From assembly GCF_036321535.1 (NCBI RefSeq), contig NC_087436.1, forward strand, positions 14,818,001-14,882,000: a stretch of 64,000 nt of DNA, written 5' to 3'. Both the position numbers and the translations under genes were made by a program. Below the pieces are notes generated by a model. That model searched no databases. It saw only the letters and a program-made list of their open reading frames with translations, and was not told the DNA's origin. Positions 47,381-62,186 of this stretch are shown here, piece by piece. Every line of letters begins with the position of its first letter. The stretch's first letter is position 1. Source of the stretch: Camelus dromedarius. Its lineage: Eukaryota.

Positions 47381-50114
47381 CTAGACCCGGGATAAATAAG
47401 AGCAGCTGTGATGTTTGTGAGATCCAGTAGGATTGCAGCACCACAGACTGGCAGCTCCTCCCCGACCACACACACACTCCCCGGCCCTCGGCTGTCAATT
47501 CGAATGGCCTTTGGAGAAAGAAGCTATTGCCGACGTTGGCTGGGGAGTTCACTCCCTGCCACTAGCTTCAAGTTGGGGGCCCCATAAAAAGCTGGTTTGG
47601 TTTATTGCTCTGCAAACAAAAGCCTCCAAGAGACCAGATGGGTAGAGAGAGGCATGTTCCCTAGCCACAGTGGAAATACTAAGAAATATACCTCTGTGGA
47701 AATATTCACCTGGCAGATTGGATGAAAGCAGTTTTGAGCCTGTACTGGCATCCTTTGCAAACAGCACTCTGAGAACTCAGGTTAGAGGATGCCATCAGAA
47801 CGGGGGAGTCCCCATAATGCCTGATCGTTTTTATATTGTAAGGGGTCAGCAACTGTGGGAAATCAAGTCGCTTTTGCTCACTCTTATGCATCTGCAGAGC
47901 TTAGGTAAGTACCAATTTGGAGCCCGACCATTTTTATTTGTTATTTCGTAGAGGTAAGCAGAGTGGGAACTGCCTAAGACAATGAAGGTAGCCATTCCCC
48001 TCCACCTGGCTAAGTATATAATTTCCCCAGCGATCCTCCGAGTAATAACAGAAACTTATGTGAGGTACATGGACTGTTATATTCCCTGGGGCTTAATATG
48101 GCTCTCAGTAAAATTGATTTTCTGAAATCTTGCAATATACCTCATCAAACTAAATGAAACCTGCGCTGGGTTTATAAGAAGTGATTGGATTCCATGTGAT
48201 AAATTAACCCTCACCGTCAGAGAGGCGCTGGGTCATCAGCTGGTTCATTTCAGCCCCCACAGCTGCCATCCAGGATTTTAAATTTTTCTTAGGTCTTTAT
48301 ATAACTCCCTCTGGACTGGGAGGAGCTTCCACCCCATGGAGAGCCTCTGTGGGCTTAGCTGGCCCCACTGAAAGTCATTTCTCCCAGATGACAATGTATC
48401 ACCAACTCCACGTGAAGGGAGCTGGCCCGTGGTGGAGAGAAGGCCTCTAAGGGCAGAGGAGAAGGCACACGTGGGAATTTGGGGGCTTTAGGGAAATGGC
48501 TTTTGTGAGTGGTCAGATTGGGACACATACATGTATACATAAATACATATATAAAACACTTCTGGGAGGTGAAAACAGCTTTGTATCTCTGAGACAAAAA
48601 TAACCAGCCAGCTGAAACTGAGCCTCTCCTCTGTAAACTACACCTGCTTGTTGTGCCTCAGAGACCCAGGGGGACCTCTTCTCTTGGAAAGGAACATAAC
48701 CATGATTGGGCTTTGATTCAGCCCATCCCTAGGAGATGAGTTCTTAAGGAATGAGCTGGAGAGACATTACTAGGGGAGGAAATTGGTCTCCTCTATGTGA
48801 GTAACTAAGACCCATTAGGCCAGGAGACCTACATAAGCATTTCCAGAAGACCACAGTTTCTCACGACAATTTTGAAAGCCAACTAAAGCTATGCACCAGG
48901 TACTTGGGGGAATTGATAGCAAGATTGCTTATCATGCGAAAGATACCCTAGGTGCAAGCGTTGTATTGCTAAAACTCTGTTCAGCTTGGGTGAATTGGCC
49001 AGAGCACACAGACCCTCTGAGAGGTGGAAATAGCAAACATTTAAACAAACTGAGTGCCAGGTCCCCTTTCTAGACCCACCGCAGCTCAGAGCATCCTCAG
49101 TCCTGGCCTCACTCCCTTCTCCCTTTTCCTAAGGTCCTGCCCAAGTTAATAAGTCTTGGAAAAAGCAAAAAACAGACCACGTCCCCCAAGTAGGCTGTGT
49201 AATGTCTTGTTTAGCTAGTTTTTCTTTGCAGGGAGAACCAAAGTGGGACAGAGAGATGTGAGATTTGTGAAAGAGTTGGGGGCCAGGGATAAGAAAAGTG
49301 TGAGGGATGTGTTCCATTTGGGAGGAAAGTGAAATTGACTGTTTCTCAACCCAAAAGACCAAATTATCCAATAGAGTAGACCCAAGGGGGCAGTGAATAA
49401 AGTTGCCTGGGAATACAGAGAAGTGAGTTTAAGAGCAATTCGGTGTTACAGAGGAGAATTTTTGTGGTGACACCAAATAATGGGTCAATTTTTATCACCA
49501 ATGATTAAAATAGCCATACAATGTGAGCTTTGTTTGTAAAAAATGTTTTATCTTTGTTATTCAAATGAATATCTTCTTTATTAAAATAATAATAAAAAGA
49601 TCCTGGCATGCAGATGTTCCCTTTCCTATTTATCTCCATGCTTGTTTCATCATTGTAACCTGGGTAGCGAGGGTGCATTATAAAGGGGCAATGCAGAATA
49701 AATGCTCTATTCTTCACTGGGAGGATTTCCAAGGAGCAATGGTCACTGTGGACGGGTTCAGGTGGAAGGAAGGCTGTGTGTGCCCAGCCAGCCGGCGTAG
49801 TTCCCCGGGCTGCCATGACTACCTCCCCCTTCCCTTAGCCCCTCCAAGTGAGTCTCTCTCCCCAGCAAGCTGCTGGGTAGTGACCATTTGCCGTTGGCTT
49901 TGTCTGACCCTGTCAAGACCTGGAAATGACCCTTGGCACCTGATGCCTTGTTAGGTTTGATGTAGGTTCTAGAACTCACTTGAACTCCCTCACCTTTCAT
50001 TTCACCCTTGAAATAGAGAAAAGGAAATGTAGTGAGCTGAGGTTAGATGGGGTCTGCCACCTTTTAATCTTTCTCCTCTGACCTCAGTATTCTAAGTCTA
50101 CTGAGGTATATGGG

Positions 50115-50150
<36 letters not shown>

Positions 50151-52639
50151 CTCTGTAACCAAATCAGGAGAAGAATAATTCCTCCAGGCTGTAACCTCTT
50201 TCTGTTTGCAAAGGGCACCTTCAAAGGAGCCCCAGCCCTTTGATAGCATGCTAAAATGTTCATTTTTAATTCATTTCTACTTTCTTCATATTGGCAGCAG
50301 TTAATCCTGCTCCCAAACTTTCATCTCTATAAATAAAGGCATTTAACAGAATTGTAGGGCAGTTGTATCCTCGGCACCTTCTGTTCTATTTTGCAAAAGC
50401 ACGTTATTCCAGAAGATGCACGTGTTCTGACCTTACTCCAGAAAGTGCAAAAAGAAGCATGTTTCTCACCACTTATGGCTTCTTGAGAGTTGAGCCTTTA
50501 ACTCCAAGACATGGATAGATGCATATTTAGCCAGTGGAGTTGTTTGTTGGGCCAATATGCCTTAGATGGAGCTTCTCACAAAGGCCATGATGGTCTCAGA
50601 GACACACTGTGGCACGGCAGAGCTGGCCCAGGGGCAGATCAGGACAAAGGAGCACGCAGCAGCCACTGTGGCTCTGGGGCTCAAACAAAGGTTTTCAGTC
50701 ACCACCTCCCCCAAATCTGCAACTACCATCTTCAGAAGTAAGCCAGCAGGGGAAACTTACCAGAGGAGGCAGTGAATAAACACTGCTTTTGGATTTTGCA
50801 GGTTCCATCCTCAAACTTGAATGGGCTTGTGGACTGATAAAAATGGAGCTTGGGTGGAGGAATCACCTTTTCTTAGATGGCAATTCAGCCCTATTTTGGT
50901 TTCTAATCGAATCCACGTGGCCTACATTCCTCCCCTCAGGGGCCCGCCTGATGTGACTAAGATGTTGGGGGTGGGGAGAGGAAGGGGACTAGGAGCCGCC
51001 GCAGCGTCGGCACGTGGACCACTGTCCTTGGTCCTGAACACGAACATCCTGACATGTAAGGGCATGGCCACTTGTAAACTGGAGATGCTCATGTCTCCGG
51101 TGCAGCCTCTTCTAGAAATTCCAGGTAAGGCCACAGGAGAGGCAGTGGGAGCAGAGAATGAGACAAGACATCAAAGAGCTTCAAGGGGTGGGAGAAAGGG
51201 TTTTAATTTAGCATGATTAAAAGAGGTTTTATTTGGACAAAAATTTTTATAGTTTCTTTTTCAAAATATCCCTTTTAAGGGGGAAAATAATTAGTTTCTG
51301 CCCTGCTACTGAAGAAAAATGGTTGTAGCTTATGCTTTACAATGTGACTTATATTCTATACTCTCTGGGTGATTTCATGTAAATGTGACGGTTACAAATA
51401 GTGTTGCCTCTGGGATGTGTGTGAGGGTGTCACATGCCGCTGTGCCCCCACCCTGGACCGCAGAGGCCTGACACAGTGACAGTCAAGTAACTCCCTTACT
51501 GAGGACATGCTCATTCTCATGCCACGATTGTGAGAATGTTCACGGACCACCATCAATTCCTAGTTTATATTATGGATTCTCCTAAAAACCCAGCCGAACT
51601 GTCTACCTCCTCTCAGATATGCACTCTGCTCTCCCCTGTGTCTCTGCAAGCTTCCCCTCTAAGCGCTCAAAAGCATCTTTTATCTCACCACAATTCAACC
51701 TGCAATCTCTTGGCCTTGGATTGGGCTCAGTACAGAGGAGAGAAACCAAGAATAGCTTTTGGAAGTCTCATGCCAAGGCTGACAACGTGAGTAGGTTTCT
51801 AAGGACTGTGTCTTTTCAGATGGAAACCAAACTCAAGATGTTTTTAATTCCTTGGCAGTCTGTCTCCACCTTGACTTCCCCATGCAAGGAGGTGTAAGAA
51901 GTCTATTTACAACTATTGTATAATGTAAAGGCAAGTTATTTTGTTGCTATGTTTATTCCTGGTTAATTGAGAAAATTATTTCATTTAGCCAAGAGTGAAA
52001 CCTCTGAGATTTTTCTCCTCATTTCTCTGCATGTCTGGGGAAACAGGCAGAAGTAAACAATCATGCCCTATTTTATTCCTAGTTAAGTGAATTATCATGA
52101 TAATAATTACCAGTGAAAACATCTGGCTTTGGCACAGCTCAGCACAAGGATTTCTCAGTGCGGGGGCTGATCTTTACCCTGAATTCTTAACCTCTGCCTG
52201 GCTTCTCAGCCCCTTGGATTGACCCCCACACTATTGGAGCCCAGGACCTTGGAAAGCTAATGCTACTTTTAAATTTAGATGAGCCATCCCTTCAGAGATG
52301 ACTTTTTTGTTGTTGCTGTTATACACAATACATTTTTGTATGCCTTTATAGCTTGTTTAATTTTCTATGGAATCCATTTGCATGAAAACAGAGCTTTGTT
52401 CCTTACCTCTGCTCCCGTTGCTTCTCCCGGTGTGACCACCTGAGCTGCCGTCCAGTTGCTGTGAAATTCACCACATCGCCATACTGGAAGCCAGACACCT
52501 CCTGGGGTTCGATGCTCTGCATCCGGGGAGGGAGGATAAGGCTCTTGTCAGATTGAAAAACGTGTTGAAAATGTTGTGGTTTCTGAAATTTGGGAAAACT
52601 TTAGTTACCCAGTGAAGGCCAGAAAGCCAAAGAACAACC

Positions 52640-52845
52640 AAGTACACATATCTTAAAGTGTGGACTGGGGTCGACTTCATCAGCGCCACCTGGGATCCCT
52701 GTTAAAATACAGATCCTGAGGTCATACCCTGAACCGGCTGAGTCAGAATTTCTGCCGTCTGTACTTTTTAACACCCACTCCCTGCCGCTGCCCCGGCCAC
52801 CCCAGCTTCTTCTAAAGGCACAATTAAGTTGGAGAAACACTGAGT
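52640..52845. mobile_element. hAT-Charlie DNA transposon (MER5-like)
   Basis: cttaaagtgtgg...catcagcgccacctggga...aagttggagaaacactg. Confidence 0.65.
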
Positions 52846-54174
52846 TACAGCAGAGGAGTATGTCACCAAGCAAAGAACCTTAACCTAAGGGTTTGGGACC
52901 TGATGTCTGGACATCTGCCTGCGAATTCTGGGCGCTTAAGAGACTTGCTTAATGAACTGACGCAGACATCTATGTCTCACCACACAGGTGTGTTCCTGGC
53001 AGTGAGAACTGTATCTGGTGGAAGCACTGAAGATATCCTGGAACCCAGCAAAACAAAATCAGTATGACCAATGCCATGCGATGCAGGCAAAGATCACGGA
53101 CCAGGAATCAGCACACATGGGATCCTGCTCTGGCTGTGTCCTTATCAAAGTCTCAGCCTGGGCCATGCTTTCCATCTGGGCCTCAGTTTCCACATCTGTA
53201 AAATGAAAGGATTGGAATAGGTCTGTGGTTTTCGTACTATTTTCCTCGGAGACAAAGAAAATCAAGGGGCAAGAAGGAGGCTGGGAGGGCAAGGGTCAAG
53301 GTCTGCCAAGTCCACTTCAACCAAAGATGCTCAGCTATTCTCTTTTTATACATCACACTTCCACAAAAAGGTTGTTTTTGAAAAAAAGAGGTCTGCTGCT
53401 AAAAAAATGGATAAAAATAAACTATTGGACTAGATGATGTGGGAGACCCTTTCTTGCACTATGGTTGTAAGGAAACGTTTAGTGGGTTCTAGTTGGTTTA
53501 CCTGAGAAAATACATCGTCTTCTCTTCAAAACAGAGGATTAGGAAAGACAACACCAGCCACTTTGCATGTCAGATCATCTCACAAAATGTTAATTTAACA
53601 TTTGCAATTTAAAAATAAGCCAAGGAGATAGAAGTTCCATTTCTCCCACAAGAATGCATATACACTTTAGAATGTTTCTATCAAAGAGAAGTTTGGAATT
53701 TTCCAACCCCAAGATATTTTATGAATAGTTAAAGATAATAGATGAATTCATAACACAGCTAGGATTTTCCTCAAAGGAAAACAGCGGGGGTTGATGAAGT
53801 CTGAAGAGTTTGAGTGAGCTGACATTAATGGCTAATATTGGGTTTTGAAATATATGTGTATTTTAATTTTCAGTGTAGGCTATATTCCACATTAATAATG
53901 GACAATCTGGAGTTGATTGCTTTTTGAAAATATCTGCTTAATACTGTTTTTTTTTTTTTTTTTTTTATCACTCGGGCTGAAGAACAGAGCTGTGGCCAGC
54001 AGATGAGAAAGGCTTGGGCTAAATTCCATCTGTCCACGGGTGAATCCAGAGACCCAGGCAAAGTCCGCCATTCTTTTCCTGCCTCACCTTTACCAACTGA
54101 AAAACAGAGACGATATCTGTAGCTGAGTAAACCCTCTTTTGTCTCAGGGAGTTGTGTTTCTTTAAAGATCACGA

Positions 54175-54652
54175 GTGTATAAGTCTGCTAGGGTTGCCGT
54201 GACAAAGGACCACAGACTGAGTGGCTTAAAGAACAGAGCTTTACTTTCTCATAGTTCTGTGCAGGTGAGAGCACAGAGATCAAGGCACAGGCGTGGCTGC
54301 TTTTTCTTAAGACCTCTCTTCTTGGCTCGCGGATGGCCTCTCTCAGGGAGAGTTCCTGTGACGTCTCTCTGTCCTAGTCACCTCTTCTTGTAAAGACATC
54401 AATCACTTTGGAACAGGGCACAGGCCAATGACCCTATTTTAACTCAGTAACTGTCTTTAAAGGCCCATTCCAAATACAGTTACCTTCTGAGGTCCTGAGT
54501 GTTGGGGCTTCAAATCCTAGCCATGTTGCGAATTCATCTATTATCTTTAAGTAGTCATAAAATATCTTGGGGTTGGAAATGCCCAAACTTCTCTTTGATA
54601 GAAACATCTAAAGTTTACATGAATTTTAGGGGGACACAATTCAGCCCCTAAC
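54175..54652 (-). mobile_element. MaLR LTR (MLT1C-like) with an internal insertion
   Basis: tgctagggttgccgtgacaaaggaccacagactgagtggcttaaa...gggggacacaattcagcccctaaca. Confidence 0.75.
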
Positions 54653-55399
54653 AGTGGGTATCTGTGAGTGAAGAAATTTGAGTGGAGCTAAAAGAATTAC
54701 TAAACATTTCATTGTTATTATTACTGTTATAATTATGACTTAGGATGCATTTTGCCCTAAATGACTCAGTTCTAATCCAGCCATCTGGAATGCTAATCTC
54801 CAAGGTTTCTGGAACAGAACCGGCCGATTCTGGGCCACACCTGGTGTTCAGAGCATGTCAATGCCTCCCTTCTAAGCAGAGTCCTGGTCCTGAGAGCGTG
54901 CTGACCTGGCCCTCCAAATGGCTGGTTTGTAAATTCTCTACGCGCTGATGTCATTATTTGTGTCCATTCAGCATAAGGTATGGGTGATGAGATCATCTAA
55001 ATTTTATTTGGGGGGAGGGGGAGGCCATTAAATTCTTTTTGAAGACATCAAATAAATAATAATAGCTTTGCCAGAATAAGAGTTTTAACGGTGGGACAGT
55101 GCGTCACATTTTGATTTATACGGGAAGAATAAAAATAGCCCAACAACAATGGGAAATTATGAGAAGTGCCTAGTGAGCGTCAGGGAAAGCCCAGTGGGGC
55201 TGTAAAGGGAAGTCAGCGCATATCCAGAGGCCACCTTCCGCTGGCATCTGCACGTGCCTATCTTCCTGGGGCCGGCACCTCCTGGTGCTTGATCAATACT
55301 AGGTAATTGATTGATAGAAAAAGATAAGCTGAACACAGAGCTGCAAACCAAGACTCTTTGCTTTGAATATTTAAAGACGTCTGAATATAAACCTTCCTG

Positions 55400-55835
55400 T
55401 GTCACAACAGCTTAACTTTGGAGCAGGATAGAGAAGACCTGGAGCTCGGAAGCGGGTCCGGGCGTGTTGGGTCTGGTCCTCAGAGGAGGGGATGCTGACT
55501 GGGCTGCTGGCAGCCAAGGAGCTTGGAGGAGGGAGCCCAGGGCGCTGGGAATCAGCAGAGCGCTGCCCTGCTGCTGCTGGTCCTTCTGAGAAGCAGGAAG
55601 ATGCGTTCTGGGAGGGCAGAGCCCACTGCCGCGGTGGAGGTGAGGAGCCGATGCTAGGTCATCGGAGCAAGTCCTCTTCTTCCTCCCACCTTCCAGTCTC
55701 CTTCTCATACTCCTTGTGGTTAGAACCTTCCGGCGAGTCATGTGGGAAAGGAGTAACACATCTGCAGCCCTCGGCACCAGCGTCGCAGAGCAGAGTTTGG
55801 AGGCTGGTTTTGGCATCTGGAGATGGCCACTTAGT
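55400..55835 (-). mobile_element. ERVL LTR (LTR33/LTR16-like)
   Basis: Minus strand gaaggttctaacc...ggagactggaaggtgggaggaag followed by cagcagcagcag resembles LTR33-type consensus (recalled). Confidence 0.5.
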
Positions 55836-57899
55836 AGTAAGCACCAAGGACTACAGCCCGAGGTCCCGCCCTCCCATCTGTCAGAATAATCGGGGGAGGG
55901 ATCAAATCTCAGCCTATTTATAGCCCATTGGGGATTAGACCCATTGGGCAGTGCTGGGTTAGGGGCTTCACTGTCAGCAAAAAGAGATGAGCTAGTGTTG
56001 TGGGGAGAGGATGCTGTGTGAGGAGGAAGGGGGACACGGTGGACGCCATGAGATGAGGGGACAGAAAGAACGCAGTGTTTGAACGTGTGTGCTGGAGATC
56101 AACTGCCAGAGCTAAAGGCAGGTGCCAGCCCTGAAAGCTCCCCTGACCTGGGGCGAGCGACAGCCTTGCTGAGCTGCTGGGGCTGCCGTGAGGCTTAAAT
56201 GAGATAATGTGGGTAAAGTGCTTAGCCCAGCACTTGTTACCGGGGTAAGCATTCAGTAAGTGTTAGTCCCAATTATCGGAAAATTCGTGGAACTCTTTCA
56301 CTGCTCTTCCCATGATTGTGATGACTGTGCGCACACATGATGACTCGTTTCCTCATTCTGACAGCTCTGTGATGCCCAAATTCCACATCGGATGCAATTT
56401 GATCTGGCCAGTTAGAGAATTCAAAGCTGATGGGGAAAATGGGTCTACCCAGGGTCATTTCATCCTGGAAGACTGTCTCCTATTCTAATAAACAGCATGG
56501 CTCTGGCCCATGTGACAAAGACAGCTCCTCTGGTATCTGGGAGCTTAATTTTCTGTGTGGTTGGAATCAATACAACTGTCCTTTACTTATGAAAAGTAGT
56601 GTTACAGCAGTCATCGCTCAGGACCTTATTACTACTCTTGGTGACGCTGGGCATCTAATCAAACATGCCATTACACATGGGCTGGCTTTATGGCTTGCCT
56701 CGGAGGCACCTTTCTCCAAGACAAGGTGGTGTTTTTAAGTCACTCCAGGGCCAGGGATGCCACCCATGGGACTGGCACAATAAAAGCCACCTTGGACTGT
56801 GAGCAAACTGTCAACATTTATCTCCTGGTCTTGGACTTAGGTACCATTCCTGTCCTCCATATCCAGCTGCTGTTCTTGAACTTCAAGTTTTACCTTCGGC
56901 CTGAACAGTTGGCAACTCCCTCGTGTTACCTGCTGTTTTGCCTCAGGTCTGATGCTCTCATCCCTGACCCGTGCTCTGCCTGGGTCAGTTAGTGTGTGTA
57001 CGTACCTGGGCAGGTACCAGGATGGAGATGATCTTCCTTGTTTATTTGAAGGTACCTAACATCTCATCATTAAAGATACATTGCTTTAGCCCAAGGTATA
57101 GAGCTTGGGATGTGAAGAGTTTTTACTTGGAGAGGGGAAAGTCTTTCCTGATGAAGTTATTTGGGAAATATTGAGTTAAACATGGTGAAACAGGTTCCCT
57201 TACCCCAGGTCTCCTCTGAGCTGTTAAGATGTTGACGTTAACTGTGACCCTGCAAGAGAGAGAGTATGAAAAAGTTTCTCAGTATTATGTGCGCACCAAC
57301 TCATTTAGTGAAGGAGTAGCGCTTGGGACTGGAAAGGATTGCTGGGTTAGCCATTAACTCTTTGTTGTGACCTCTCTCTCTCTCCCCCTCTCTGCCTCTG
57401 TCTCTTGATCTAGGTGTCTTCTTTCTAGACAAAAGTACTTCTGGAAGGACTATATATCAAATCACAATCACTTAAAGAGAATTTGCCCGGTTAGTTTCCA
57501 AGCATTGTGGGTTTTTCCTGTGCAAAGACCCTCATCACTGTCTCTTCTGTTCTATCTCATCCCGGCCGTCTGCCTGGGCTTGGTTGCATGAAGGAGGTGG
57601 ATTGGAAGGGACTGATGTGGGAGACTTGGCTCCTAAGCCACCTCAACTCTCCAACCTTCTGTTTTATTTCTTATTGTGTTTCCTCAGTTACCAAACTTCT
57701 GACTTTTCTGTCCCTCTCCTGCGTCCTCCGGCCCATGCAGGGTGACGCAAGGGTGAGCTCCTCTGGCTTGCTGCCTGGTCTCCCCTTCCTCATCCCCTTC
57801 TTTCTCAGGCCCAGTTGCATAGTTACTGATTTGGTTTAGATGAAGAGAATAGCACATTGGTGATGCGGAGGTCCTTGTGCTGATCCACCCGGGCTTCGT

Positions 57900-58490
57900 T
57901 ATTCAGGAGGGAAAACGAGGGGCGACATTCCACCTGAGAGGCTCCTGACTCCAAGGTCAGCACTTCTCCCTGAACTCAGCTGCCCCCAGGACTGTATTTG
58001 TCATGTCTTTTTATTCTGTACTTTTGATGCTTTGATGTTTGGGGCCTTGATGACCCAGAGAGACTGCCTCTCCCGGGGCAAGCTGATTCCTAGGGATAGC
58101 AGGAAACTCACCTGTCTTACAATGTGCCTTGTAAACCACCCAGTCCAGAGCCCGCAGACCAGCCACCTGCTAGATCTGACTCTTACACTCTGGGCCACTA
58201 TACACATGTCTTACTATCCCATGGCCTGGTCCCAGGCAACCAGGGACACTCCTGTGCCCCAGATCTTGCTGATATGGTTCCAACAGCCGATCTTAAGCTG
58301 GCTTCCCCTGCCTCTCCCATTCTTCCTGTGGAAGCCACAGTAAAGGTTGCAGCCCCAGAGTCCCTCCTTCCTCCTGCCTGGACATCCTGGTGCTTCCCCG
58401 TGTGGCCCCCTTGACATGGTTCTCCCCCTCCTCTTGGGATCTCTGAGTTTAACAAACTTTTTTTTTCAATGGCAGTTGTTTCTTGATATG
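57900..58490 (+). mobile_element. ERVL LTR (MER73/MER74-like)
   Basis: ggcttcccctgcctctcccattcttcctgtggaagccacagtaaagg motif. Confidence 0.5.
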
Positions 58491-59829
58491 TTGGTCCCAC
58501 GATGCTTGAATAATTAAAAAACCCTACATTTTAAAACAGGACTTGGTCCAGGGAATTGGCTGCGCTTTTGGAAGGACACAGAAGGCCTCTGAAGTTTGGG
58601 CACAAGGAGGCCCTGGAGAAGGCTCTCCTGGTGGCAGAAAATTGCTGAGTGAGCGAGCCTAGTATTTCTCACCCTTGGAGGCTGACTCCCTGAGGGACGC
58701 CCTGGCATCACCACTCCCAGCCCAGAGGACCGCTGTCTCTCCGGTCCAACACTGCCGAAGCCACATCCCTTTCCCTCGTGTGCTTTGGCTCAAGCCAGAC
58801 AAGCTGAGATTTTCAAAGGGAAATGACTTCAAAAATAAGGGAAATCAAAAAGAAAACACACCAAGAAAAAAACCTACAAAACCCCCACGAACACACACAT
58901 ATGGACAAAAAATGAAAAAGTGAAAAAAAAAAAAAAGAAAGAAGGAAGGAAGCAGGGAGGGAAGGAAGGAAGGAAAGAAAAGAAAAGAAAGAAGGAGAAA
59001 TCCTAAGGACGCTCGACTTCAAAGCTCTGGGCTGCAGCCACCCTGGCCGCACTCCATCTGGTCCTTTCAATCCGCGAGAGATGCGCTGTTGTTTCCAGAT
59101 GACAGTGAACCCCACCAAGTGCCTCGTGCTCCTGCCCTCCCCTCCACCCCCAGATACATTACTGATTAAAAAACCAGCCTCATTATTGGGTCCATTTGGC
59201 AGGCACTTCGCCCTCTTTGGATGGATTCCAAGGCAAATGAACGCTGCACTCAGATATTTCTTTGGAACCTAACTAATCTGTTCAGCTTGACCACGGACTT
59301 CCCTCTCAGGCCATGCTCCTTCCCGCGGTCCTGGAACCCCGGGACCCTCCCGGCTTCACCTGCCTCCAGCTGCTGCTCCCCACCCTCCAGCTCCCTGACC
59401 TCCAGCTCTCCATGGCTCCCGATCTTTTAGCCCTGCCTCTTTGTAGGCCTTCTCTTCTGGTTCTCTTGGACATGACAACCCAGTTCTTGCCTGTCTAACT
59501 CTGGCCCGTGACCTTGACACTCTGGAAGACCCTGCCATAGAAAATTGTCCCCAGACTTCAATCCAGGCTCCCAGGACACCACTGAACAGAGCCTCAAACT
59601 TCTGATGACCTGGAAGGTATGGTGTACAAACACTATGTTATTAAAAACTATTTACCAAGTCCCTGGAATAATAAACAAACCACATTCCTCCAGTTTAAAG
59701 GAAAAAAAAAGATCAAAATAGGTTAGAAAGTGTAGAAAGGGTAGAGGGACACTTACAAAGACAGAACAAGGCCCTTTGAGGTTATGTGACTTTATTCATA
59801 ACTATAACAAATAACATTTTTCCCATAAG

Positions 59830-60420
59830 CGAATACTTATTCAGCATCACCAGTGTGTTGGGTACCACGAGTTCTAGGCCCTGGGGTATATTAGTAGATA
59901 AAACAGGCAAAAATCTCCGTCCTCATGGGGTTTCCACTCTACTGGGAGGGGGAGACAGATGCTAAACATAATAAATTAACAAGTCGATTAGTACATGGGA
60001 AAGATGGTAGGTGCTGTTGAGAATGGAGGGGGCAGGTCAGGGTGCTAGAGCACGCCAGGGAGCCGTGCAAGCTAGGCTCCTAGAGAGGGTGTTCAGGGAA
60101 GGTGACATTTGAGTGAAGACTTAAGGGAAGTCGGTGGGGAGGATCCATGCAGATACTGGGGGGTAGTGTTCCAGGCAGATGGTCGAGAGTGGCCAGTGCA
60201 AAGGCCCTGAGGCATTCATTGGTAGCAAGGAAGCCACTGTGGCTGCAACAGAGTGAGTGAGGGGAGAGCAATCAAGAAGGGGTGGGAGGGGTCTCAGGTC
60301 ATGGGGTCCCAGGTCACGTGGGTGTTAGGCATTGTAAGACCTTTGGGATTTACTCTGAGTGAAACGGCGAGTCATGGCCAGATTTTGAACAGACAAATGA
60401 TATAATATGACTTACCTTTT
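59830..60420 (-). mobile_element. LINE-2 fragment
   Basis: gtgacatttgagtgaagacttaa...gtgttccaggcaga...gtgcaaaggccctgaggc. Confidence 0.8.
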
Positions 60421-60439
60421 GAAAAAATTTCACCTTTTA

Positions 60440-60660
60440 CTTATTGAACCCTTAGGATAGTGCCAGGAACTGTGCAAATTACTCTATACGCAGTCTCTTC
60501 CAATCTTCCCAGAAGCTTTTAGGGAAAGAGTCTATTATTATAATAATCTCAATTTTAAGAAGTGAGGAAACTGACACTAGAGGACTAAGAAGCATGCCCT
60601 AAGACAGCTAAGAAGTGAAGGGGGCTGGTGTGAACCACAACTTTCCTAACTCTGAAGTTA
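60440..60660 (-). mobile_element. MIR SINE
   Basis: aattttaagaagtgaggaaactgac core. Confidence 0.6.
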
Positions 60661-61000
60661 CAGCTTGCAACCACTTCCTGGTGCCTTAGGGAGGCTGGAG
60701 AGGCACTTCCTCCAAGTAGAACCCATTAGACTTCTGCCTGCCCGGCCCCCCGGGTTTGGTCAGATTCTGAAGAGCACAACGCCTGAAGTGAAAATGGGAC
60801 CCAGCCTCAGTTCTCTTTATTCGTCTTTGCATGTAGGGCATTTCACCCCTGCTTGGCTGAATTTAAATCTTTCTCCTTCACACGTAACCCGTTGTGGTTC
60901 AAAGCTCATACTCATGAGCTCAAGCCCATGAAATCGGTGCACTGTGAAGGCACTGATTGAAGCTAAGCATATGAACATTGCTTAATAAAATGCTCCTTCA

Positions 61001-61673
61001 TCCTCAAAAAGCTAAAAATAGACTTACCATATGATCCAGCAATCCATTCCTGGGCATATATTCTTAGGAAACTCTAATTCGAAAAGATATATGCACCCTA
61101 GTGTTCATAGCAGCACTATTTACAATAGCTAAGACATGGAAACAACCCGAACGTCCAACAGCAGATGACTGGATAAAGTAGTGGTATATTTATACAATGG
61201 AATACTACTCAGCCATAGAAAGAACAAAATAATGTCATTTGCAGCAACATGGATGGACCTGAAGATCATCATTCTAAATGAAGTAAGCCAGAAAGAGAAT
61301 GAAAAATACCATAAGATATCACTCTTATGTGGTATCTAAAAAAAAAAAAAGGACACAAATAAACTTATTTACAAAACAGAATCAGACTCACAGACATAGT
61401 AAACAGACTTCTGGTTACCAGGGGAAAAAGGAGGTGGGAAGGGATAAATTGGGAGTTTGAGATTTGCAGATACTACCTATTATATATAAAATAAACAATA
61501 AGTTTCATCTGTACAGCACAAGGAACTATGTTCAAAATCTTACAGTAACCTATAATGAAAAAGAATATGAAAGGAAAATATGTATGTGCATATATGACTG
61601 AAACTTATGCTGTACACCAGAAGTTGACCCAACATTGTAAAACTGACTGTGTTTCAGATAAATAAATAAATAA
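61001..61673 (+). mobile_element. 5'-truncated LINE-1
   Basis: cctcaaaaagctaaaaatagacttaccatatgatccagcaat... to (TAAA)n tail; TSD aataaaatgc(t/c)ccttca. Confidence 0.95.
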
Positions 61674-62186
61674 ATAAAATGCCCCTTCAGTCCTACAGGT
61701 CAACATAGTAGGGCCCCTGAGCAAATATAGTCCCATCTCCCATCCTGTTCTTTTCTGCCCAACACAGCTTGGCAGGGAGCACCTCCTTGGCACCCCAGAA
61801 AGAAAAGCAGATCATCTATCTCTGGGTACCCCCTAGATTCTAATAGCACCCCAGCATCCTTCTCCAAGTGGTTTAAATTGCTTAAAATCTAAAACACCAT
61901 CTACGGAGCAATGCTCGGCCTATAGATAGCCATTTATGTGCCTGTGAAGTGAGTGTGTAAGCAAGGGATGGGAGAGTTGATATAAAGGGTTAGGATTTTT
62001 TTTAAAAAGCAGTTGTGTTGGGGTGGGTGTGGTGAGGAGCTGTCTGAAAGAGCTGGGACAAACCCAAAGGGCTTCATTTTTCAGCCTCCTCCGATGAGCA
62101 ACTCTGTGACCCAAGACTTTTAAGCAACTACAGGAGCCAAAGCTCTAAAATGTTACTATTTAAAGTGCTTACGCACCCGTGATATT

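Noticed and set aside
55412..55923. Overlapping 134/143-aa ORFs in a GC-rich patch
   Set aside because: The sequence resembles an LTR33/LTR16-type ERVL LTR, and GC richness explains the open frames.
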